A stretch of DNA of 64,000 bases, taken from assembly GCF_006345805.1 (NCBI RefSeq), contig NC_042997.1, positions 187,674,001 to 187,738,000 of the forward strand, given 5' to 3'. This DNA comes from Octopus sinensis (Eukaryota). Shown here piece by piece: positions 54,826-64,000 of this stretch (positions within the stretch are counted from its first letter, which is position 1; each line of letters starts with the position of its first letter). The notes under the pieces were generated by a model. It had not been told where the DNA came from, made no database searches, and saw only the letters and a list, made by a program, of their open reading frames with translations. Position numbers and translations under genes: made by a program.

Positions 54826-54828
54826 TAT

Positions 54829-54905
<77 letters not shown>

Positions 54906-56289
54906 GAGAGAGAGAAAATGTTGATACAGCCACAATATTTGAAGATGAATTTTCTTAAAATAAAAGTTATCAATTATATTTTGAAAAGAACCCTTAAAAG
55001 AAACAGATTCACTCAGCCCTTTTGGAAACTTCCACAAGGTCCATGTCAATCGGTTTATTAAAGATTTTTAAAATCTAATTAATAATTTTAATCCAAGAAA
55101 ATCTTTCTTCACTCGCGCGCGCGCACTCACACACACACACACACCGTGTGTGTAGAGTTAAGACGGGCGAATAGACAGAGTCATTAGAGCGTTGGATAGA
55201 AAGCCTTGTTGTATTTGTTTCAACTCACCGTGGACTGGATTCAAACCGAAGTTAGTTTTGTCTTTCGATGAAAACGTTCCAATCCAGGGCGGTGGATAGC
55301 TGAATGGCCAGAAGATCGGAGGAGATGCTTTGTGATATTTGTTCCGTTCTTTGCTTCTGACAGTAATACTTGCGACAACACTGGTGCCAAACTGTGTAGG
55401 TCCAAGTCAGCTGCCTTTCTCTTGGATAAACATCGGTTGAATAGAGAAGAAAGCTTGCACGAACGAGCAACTGCCATTCTACCTAAAAAGAAAAAAAGTC
55501 CTGTTCTTGCCTGCGCATATATGTACAGATACATGGTCAAACGTGACTGATGTTTGTCCTATCACAGAGAGAGAGTTACGTAAATTAAAGAAAAGTTTTC
55601 CAGCTATACAGAGTTATATTGGCAACTTAGAGAGAGATAATGGTTTCTTCTATTATAATTCTATTGACCTTTACAGTATATTATAGGAATATAAAGGTAC
55701 TCCAGTACTTTACTGCTACTTTACTTTTTGACCCCTGAAATGCTTTGATTAAAGGTTCTCAACGGGCCAATCACTGGTTAACTGCATTTTCAGAGATGAG
55801 TGACAAGAGTGTATATGCATAATTCAGGCGGAATGTCTCAGAATATTTTTATTCGACGCACTGATTTATCAACAATTTCTCGCTGATGTATATACCTTTT
55901 GCGGACGTACACATATATGAGGCGAGCTTCCACCCAGTTTCCATTCTCCAAATTTCATTCACAGGGCATTCGTTTACTTAGAAAACGAACTTCTTAACCA
56001 TACACCCATGCTTGTAACTACTCTTATAGAATAAAGAAACTGGAACATTTTTTTTTCAAAATATATTGATACAAAACGAATTGATAAAAGGAGTGTGTCT
56101 AAAAGTTACTTTAATGTATTTCACTCCTTTATTAATCACCCAACCCAATTTTTCCTGACATATGTTAAGAAAAAAGTGTATACAGCACAATTCATTCCTT
56201 ATATTAAAATTAACATCAACATGTTTAAATCAACATTAAGGAAAATATATATCGCCCAAACTGTGAATAATGATAAAGAAAAATTTAAT

Positions 56290-57600
56290 AAGGATTAATG
56301 AGCTTTTATCTGCAAAAAGATCTCTCGGCAGCAGTTACCGTAACTGGCAATGCATATATAGAACGATGGCAGTGCAATATATACATTTGGGTAAAATGTC
56401 ATTTAATTTGTATTTAAAAATAGACATGGTTCCAAATTGTCACTAAAGTTTAATGCATATAAAGTACTCCACTTCCTCTTGCATAGATCCTGAGAACTAG
56501 TCTGAATGTTTGTTCAATAATTTTGTGTGTTCAAGGTTGAGTGTCTCTGCTACCATTCTTCAGTATTGACACAAAATACATAACAAAAAATTGCGTTTGC
56601 AGCGCTAAAATGCTTTGACACTCAAGTAATCACCGAATCAGTAAAGGAGACATTCTATTCAAATTCAAATTTAAGCTCAATAAGGCTAACACGAAAACTT
56701 CTCGAACGTCTTCAATGACAGTGAATCTTAGTGTTGTGTTAATTTTTCGTTTTAATGGAAGTTGGTGCTTAATTTCGATTTCCACAATTTCTTCGATTAA
56801 TTTTTGATCATTTTCCTCTTATGTCTTCAAGTTCGTTCAAGAGCGACTCTAGATTTGAGAGCTCTATACTCACTATAACATCTCTTGTCTATTTTTCTGA
56901 TTTGTATGAGAATTATCAGACATATCGGTGACATAAGGATGCGAATGAATATATTATTGACTTTATTAACGACTTGTGATGTGAGGTCTCGAGACACAAA
57001 TTTCTTTGGTGAAAGTTATATTCCAGAAAAATGAGGTACAGTTGGTCTCACACTTGCTACTCAGCCTGTCCAACGAGTACCTGGTAAAACGAAGATAGAT
57101 TTCCTCACATACTCCTTGAAAATAACCCAGAACTTAGAACTAGAAGAAAACAAATTGTAAACTTTTTACACCACTCAAAAATTGAAGTTACTCCCATGCA
57201 TCATACTGGAGCATCTATTTTACACATTCATTGAATCACATGGGGGACGGTATTCCGTCGGTCAAGGGTGACCATTCATTTATACATGTAGTATATGCAA
57301 GCCTAGTAAGTTTTTGTGTATGACTGGCAGTTTCCTATGCATTCAAAATTCCTCTCTCCACAACATCGATGTTATCCAAAAGAAAGGCCACTGACTTGGT
57401 TCGATACAGCTAGGTATCAGTGAATAGCAAGCGTAGAGAGAATAAATGAACAAAAGATTGAAAGTATGTGCTGTAGGGTATCATTGTACTTTCAGACAAG
57501 TTGGCAACATTATCATAACCCTGTTCACAACAATCTTGCTTGAATATTTCCGTAATCAGGTTTGCTAATTTGTCCCCATTACCTTTCAACAATAAACCAT
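56290..57600 (-). mobile_element. Decayed hAT transposase
   Basis: EQGYDNVANLS (hAT QGYD motif) near 57520 and LPVTVTAAERSF (hAT dimerisation domain) near 56330, with many stops; TIRs not found. Confidence 0.7.
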
Positions 57601-57726
57601 GCTTGAAAACTGTTATACACCACGGCATATGGCGTATTGGTTTAGAGCGCGAGCTACTAACCCCAAGATTCTGATTTCTATTCTAGGCAGTGACCTGAAT
57701 AATAATAATGATGATGATTATTTTTA

Positions 57727-57968
57727 AGCGTAGGAATGGCTGTGTGGTAAGTAGCTTGCTTACCAACCACATGGTTCCGAGTTCAGTCCCACCGCCAAGC
57801 ACCTTGGGCAAGTGTCTTTTACTATAGCCTCAGGCCGACCAAAGCCTTGTGAGTGGATTTGGTGTAGACGGAAACTGAAAGAAGTCCGTCGTATATATGT
57901 GTATGTGTGTGTTTGTGTGTCTGTGTTTGCTCCCCGCACCACATCGCTTGACAACCGATGTTGGTGTG
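57727..57968 (+). mobile_element. SINE family 1 (3'-truncated)
   Basis: agcgtaggaatggctgtgtggtaagtagcttgcttacc head. Confidence 0.85.
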
Positions 57969-58619
57969 ATTGGGAAGAACTGTTTCCATAGTAACCAAAG
58001 ATGCTGTGCATGCGCACAAGGAGGAGAAGGAGATACGAGAAAGATAATTTATTTCATAAAATCCTAGTTTAATGTTTTGACATGCTGATTCCCCACTACC
58101 CACTGATGATGGAAGAGGCAGCGAACGTGCTATTTTCTGATTGGCTGAAAATTCTGAAAATTATCAACTTTGAATACCTGTAACATTTTTGCAAAAACTT
58201 TCTAGAATAAATGAATAACAAATTCGGATTCAGCGTCAAAAATTACATCTATATGATACATTAAAATTTTTTAAAGATAATTGTAAACAGTGATGAAAAC
58301 CACAAATATCCTAAGTTTCCTTTGCCTAAGACAAATCGCTACAACAATTATGCTAGTAAGTATATTTCACTATTTTTCAGTCTTGTAGATGATTACTTGG
58401 TGAGAGATTACATCAATCTCAGAATTACTTTCTGGCCTCCACTGTAACTCACATCTCGCTAGATAACGGCTTTTGTGTGCTGTAAGGTTTTATGTTCAGG
58501 TAATCTATCAAATATCCTCCTCCATTTCTGCTCTGTAGCTCAACCTTAAATAGATAACATGATGGACTATGGCTTTTGCATTTGTGAGCCCGCTGTATAA
58601 CAGAAAAGCTTACAAGGTA

Positions 58620-59591
58620 TAATGTTCGTCCTTCGGTTCGAAGATGACCAACTGACATCATCTGATGGAACTGGCGCCATGAGACCGGAGGTGGCTGGTG
58701 AGGCCAATCCGGGCAAGGAAGCCCCTCCCACAGGTGGGGCAGAAGTGGGTAGGGGCCGTGCTACTGGTGCAGGCGGCTCTGGCTTTACGCATCTGACGTT
58801 TCTGCTCCGCTGACCGAATCCGTCCCTCCTCGGCTGTCCCTGCTCCCACGGTGATTGCGCTGCGCCAGGATGAGCGGTTGGCAGCAAGTGTCTCCCAGGT
58901 CTCTGTTCCGATGGAGAAGTCTTTGAGAGAGACCTTGAGACTATCCTTGTAGCGCTTCTTCTGCCCTCCGACTTTGCGCCTGCCCTGGCCGAGTTCACCG
59001 TAGAAGAGCTGTTTTGGGATGCGAGTGTCGGACATGCGGGAGACGTGGCCCGCCCATCTCAGCTGGGCCTTGCGCACGATTGTGATGGTGCTAGGGAGAT
59101 CTGCCTGCTTCAGAACTTCCGTGTCTGGGACTTTGTCCTGCCAGCGGATGTGAAGGAGGTTCCGAAGACACCTGAGATGGAAGTGGTTTATCTGGCGCTC
59201 GTGCCTTCGGTAAGCAGTCCACGTCTCGCAGCCGTATAGTAGGGTGGTAAGCACGACTGCCCGGTAGACTTTCAGCTTGGTGTTGAGGCTGATTCCTCTC
59301 CGCTCCCAGACTCCCAAACGCGCTGCTTGCCTTGGAGATTCTGTTGATGGTTTCAGCATCTATGTTGGCATTGGAGGAGAGAGTGCTGCCCAGGTAGGTG
59401 AAGTTTTCCACCACTCGTAGGATCCGTCCGTTCACCCTTATCTGAGGCTCATGGTATTGCAATCGATGAGCAGGAGATGCAGCTCGAGATGAACAGGTTC
59501 TCATCAGCCTGTGACAACTTCGGTCTCACCATCAGTGCCAAGAAAACCGAAGTGATGTTTCAGCCAGCTCCCGGCAAACAATACCATGAGC
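58620..59591 (-). mobile_element. 5'-truncated, 5'-inverted RTE (BovB-like) LINE insertion with 13-bp TSD
   Basis: FTYLGSTLS, LNTKLKVYRAVVLTTLLYGCETW, QLRWAGHV, CPTCGRGFLARIGLTSHLRSH; inverted piece on plus at 59462-59591; TSD agcttacaaggta at 58607-58619 and 59589-59601. Confidence 0.92.
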
Positions 59592-61832
59592 TTACAAGGT
59601 AGACAAAGCAAAGCTGCATTCCAGAACTGAATGCAACACAATGACCGCTTTTGCTTTCACCATTTGGAGTTCTTTCAGTTATTAAAATTATTTTTTCGAT
59701 AAAATCATTAAGGATATTTTAATCATATATTCCACGATTTTTTACTCGGGATAATTAATGAGTAAAGCCTAACACCAACACCATATGTTTTAGGTTTGTT
59801 TTCTGTTGAGTGATGACTCTTACTACATTCTATGACGTATATTTCTGTCTGTGCGCCAGAGTTTTCTGGTCCGGCTGACATTCCATACTGATCTTTTATC
59901 TTACACATAATGTTGTGATCAAATTCTCTAGTGGTGTTAGTATCCTCTGGGCCTCGGCTTATTCACTGGATCCCTATACTGATTATCGCACTGCTATCCA
60001 ACCTCAAACAACCTCCAATAAACCCTAATCGCCACCTTCTCCCTTTCTTACTGAGTTCACAAATATTTTGTACAAGTCAGATGACATGTTAGAAATTCTG
60101 GAAAGAATCTTTAAAAAATAACAAGTTGCTCAAAACCCACTAAACCAATCTACTATTTCAGAGGGTTTTATGTTGGAATTTTGGGCAAAAATTTTGGAAC
60201 ATAAAGCTTCACATTTCCGGATTGTTACTTCTTTTGTTCATGATTTCTGATTATCTGTGAAGTGTCTTGCTAGTATAAAAACTATAGTTACTTCTGTATT
60301 TTCCATTTTCTGTACCAAACATTAGCTATTACACTAATAATGCATTAATTATAACTTAATAACATATTCATTTATTCTAATAATGTATATAGAAAAGAAA
60401 ATAAGTTGTGCACAAAATGAATATTTGAGATGGAGCTGGATGTGAGGATGAATTTAGATATTTAAGTTCTTAATAATTCTGATTTTTTTTCCCCAAAATA
60501 TAAACTTATATAGTAAATTAGTAGAGTAATGTTATCATTACAAAGTGTTATAATTCACCAAGTGCTATGTTTTTAGAAAAAACATTTAAAGAAAAATGAA
60601 GATTACTGAGAGATCTTTAACTATTGTTCAACACGACTGTAAAAATCAGGGAAAATACTTATTTTTAGAGTATCTACGAAAGAACATAGCTACACTATAA
60701 TTACTTGTTTCTTATCACTTCTGTAATACATTATGAAAGTAAAATTAAATTTTTTTTCTTTTGCTTAAATTTCATCGACATCCACTTATAATTAACGATT
60801 TGAACGAGTCACGAATTAATAGATGCAAATAATTAATTTACAAAATTCAATTTTGTTGTTTTAGTTGCGTGCAATTCAAATTAAAACTTTTAATTAAAAA
60901 CTCTAATACTGATACTGTTAATAAGATACCGAGAATAAGATATTGATAAGTGATAACAATAATACACTGCATTATTTAACAAAACAATTCATTATTTTGA
61001 TACGAATTTTAACTTTGATGCTTAGCTTAATAGGAATATTATACTAGACCTATGTAGATAAGTATTAGTCAATACGCTGATCTGACAAGTTAAAACTTAG
61101 CTTACAAAATATTGTACGTCATTTGCATTATTGAATGAAAGCGAGATTGCTACAAAGAGATTAACCTTAATATTCATGAGAATTGATGATTAAGCAATTA
61201 CAAAAATTTGTTTGCATTGAACATTGAAGACAGAAGTATATGGCGGTCGACGTTAGTCCTGGCTACTCATCAATGAATATGAAACAACCCTTTCTACTAT
61301 AGGCACAAGGCGACTTCGGTGGAATTTGAAGTCAGAACGTAAGGACGGACAAAATGCCGCGAAGCATTTTGTCCGGCGTGCTAACGTTTCTGCTAGCTCG
61401 CTGCATTAATGAATAAGAAATAAGGAAACGGAAATAGTTTAGGCTATTTAAAGATGTTCGGCATCTTCTACTTGGTCATGTATTTGGTTGCTAGGTTTTG
61501 GTACTACGTTAGATGATTGGTCATAGGGCTGGTAATGTCGATATCCTCCGTTCATAAGGACGGTTGTAAGTAGAGAATTTTGCTTTAGAGTAAGTCTTAT
61601 GGCTGGTAGCGTTTTTAACAGAGAAACCTAAAGCAGGCGACTTCTCTTTAGGCTTTTCATATAGTTGGCAGTACTGTCCATCGTTCGTTCTTTTTAGCAG
61701 ATGTCAGCAGACGTTTTTATTAATCACATAACTGTGTTGACCATGACATGCGCTTCTTTTAACAAAATTTCAAGCTGTAGCAAAAAAGATTATGACTATT
61801 ATTATTGTTATTGTTACTATTACTTTCAAGTC

Positions 61833-62045
61833 GGCAAGCAGGCAGAATTGTTAGCGCGTCGGTCAAAGTTCCTGGCGGCATTTCTTTCGGCTTTTTACGT
61901 TCTTAGTTTAAAATCCACCGAAGTTGACTTTGCCTTACTTCCTTTCGGGGTCGATAAAATAGTACCGGTTGAGCCCTGGTGTCAATGTTATCGACTAATC
62001 CTCTTCCCCTAAAAATATTGCTGGCCTTATGCCAAAATTTGAAAG
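61833..62045 (+). mobile_element. tRNA-derived SINE, family 2
   Basis: ggcaagcaggcagaattgttagcgcgtcgg..cctttcggggtcgataaaatagtacc. Confidence 0.75.
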
Positions 62046-62367
62046 AATGATTATCAGTGTTTCTTTTTTCATACTGGGTAAATTCTGTAACTAGCTGTAT
62101 CATCCATATCTCGATAAGAACGGGAAAGATCAAGAATAAATCATGTAGGAAAGAAAATTATATAAAACACAGGCACACGCACTTATAGACACACAGTAAA
62201 TGGCGTGTTAAAACTATTGATATGTTTCGAGGCTCTGACGATTAAATGTAATGGGGTGGAATTATCTTGGTGGGGAAAGAGAGAGAGAGATAGATAAGAT
62301 AGGGAGAGAGAGAGTGAGAGTGAGTGAGTGAGTGAGTGAGTGAGTGAGTGAGTGAGTGAGTGAGTGA

Positions 62368-62449
<82 letters not shown>

Positions 62450-62793
62450 CATCACTCGAATGTATGTGATGGGGGTGTTTTGTAAAGAAAAGGGGTGGGG
62501 AAAGAAAAGCAAGAAGTGATGTTTCATGTGAAGCGTAACGCCTCTTGTCATAGAATAGATGCTTGGGGAGAGACTCAGTGGGTATTTTTATTGATTCAAT
62601 GTGTGTGCGTGAGCGAAGTTAGCAAGGTAGTATAAATACCTGGTTTGAAGGAACGTTGCTTGACGGCAATGATCCACGTGTTTGTGTGAGAGAGAAAGAG
62701 AGGGGGAGCAAGAGTGCGTGTGCGTGCGCGCGCAATTTATGCAGCTATGTACTCAGATACATATATATAATATAATATAATATATATATATAT

Positions 62794-63170
62794 ACTAGCA
62801 GTATCGCCCGGCGTTGCTCGGGTTTGTAAGGGAAATAACTATATAAGCATTTTTAGAGAGTTATAGCCAAAAAATAGCAAAATAATGCATTAAAAATGGG
62901 GGGAAAATTATGGTAAATTTTTTTAAATCGTTGACACATCGTAGACATTTTTAGAGAGTTACTTCCCTTATATAATAGCGAAAAAAATGCATTAAAATGG
63001 GGAAAAAATGATGGTAATTTTTTTTTAAATCGTAGACTCATCGTAGACGCGCGCTAATACCCAGAAGGGCTCGATATGAATCACGACTATAAGATACCCG
63101 GTTTTGGTTAAACTGCACCGCAAAATGTGGGAGTAGTTAGGAATCTAAATCGTAGGAGACAGACACACAC
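62794..63170 (+). mobile_element. Non-autonomous Helitron/HINE-like element with internal ~100-bp duplication
   Basis: Same 5' end and body as 50240; ttttagagagtta..catcgtagac present twice; 3' end replaced by (CA)/(TA)n. Confidence 0.65.
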
Positions 63171-63178
63171 ATACATAT

Positions 63179-63247
<69 letters not shown>

Positions 63248-63481
63248 TATATTATATATTAGTTGGTTGTCATAATAAAACTCAAAGTTTCGGATGCCAG
63301 GGCTGAAGTCTGCTCCGGCATCTCATCAGTTATTAAGATAAACAAAAACGCTATGAATTTTTAAAAATCCATTGAATAAAGGGAAACTACTCCAATAGGC
63401 ATTGGGAAAGTAAAACTTCGTTCATAGAATCTATATATGCACACATGTACACATATACACGTTCGCGCACACACACACACA

Positions 63482-63559
<78 letters not shown>

Positions 63560-63583
63560 CACACACGCGTGTACATATACGTA

Positions 63584-63626
<43 letters not shown>

Positions 63627-64000
63627 GTCTATACATATGTAAACATACATACATACATTACACGCACATACACACGTATATATACCCATGCATGCATCAT
63701 TATGTTCATATACACAGCTCTATACGCACATGCACATACATACGCGGATAAATGTATATACAAATAAAAACATATACGCAAAAACATAAACCATAAAACA
63801 TTCACATTCGCCGCAAAACTTGAATATACATATGAGCTGTATATGCATGTACACAAATACACCCTCCTGTCTGTCAAACACATCTACACCTGCAGATATA
63901 TAAACGTGTATACATACATGTATGTATGAAGGAAGGAGACAAGAACAAGAGGCAGAGTTTTACACTCGTATATATATATAAATAAATAAATAATAAATAA

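Overview
AT-rich, microsatellite-dense eukaryotic DNA. The repeats (tRNA-derived SINEs, RTE LINEs with (GAT)n tails, many mariners) suggest an octopus or other coleoid cephalopod; this is inference, not a database result. Only one host coding exon is convincing: a 247-codon acidic/Q-rich N-terminal exon on the minus strand (12388-11648). Candidate 5' UTR exons or a promoter lie at about 30.9 kb and 38.3 kb. Most other long ORFs in the track are microsatellite or transposon artefacts. The rest is nested mobile DNA: RTE LINEs, four Tc1/mariner derivatives, a decayed hAT, a Penelope fragment, Helitron/HINE-like elements, MITEs and SINEs. The most unusual signals are (1) two independent interleaved inverted duplications, A-B-A'-B', at 41.9-43.0 kb and 2.2-2.8 kb, each explicable as an inverted copy of a locus inserted into itself; (2) a 1.67-kb RT-less retroelement with a decayed gag/zinc-knuckle-like ORF and a 15-bp TSD inside the tRNA head of a SINE; (3) a 5'-inverted, GC-rich BovB-like RTE insertion with a 13-bp TSD; (4) a nested ~420-bp tandem array; and (5) a chain of uORFs linked by TGATG overlaps at the host start codon.
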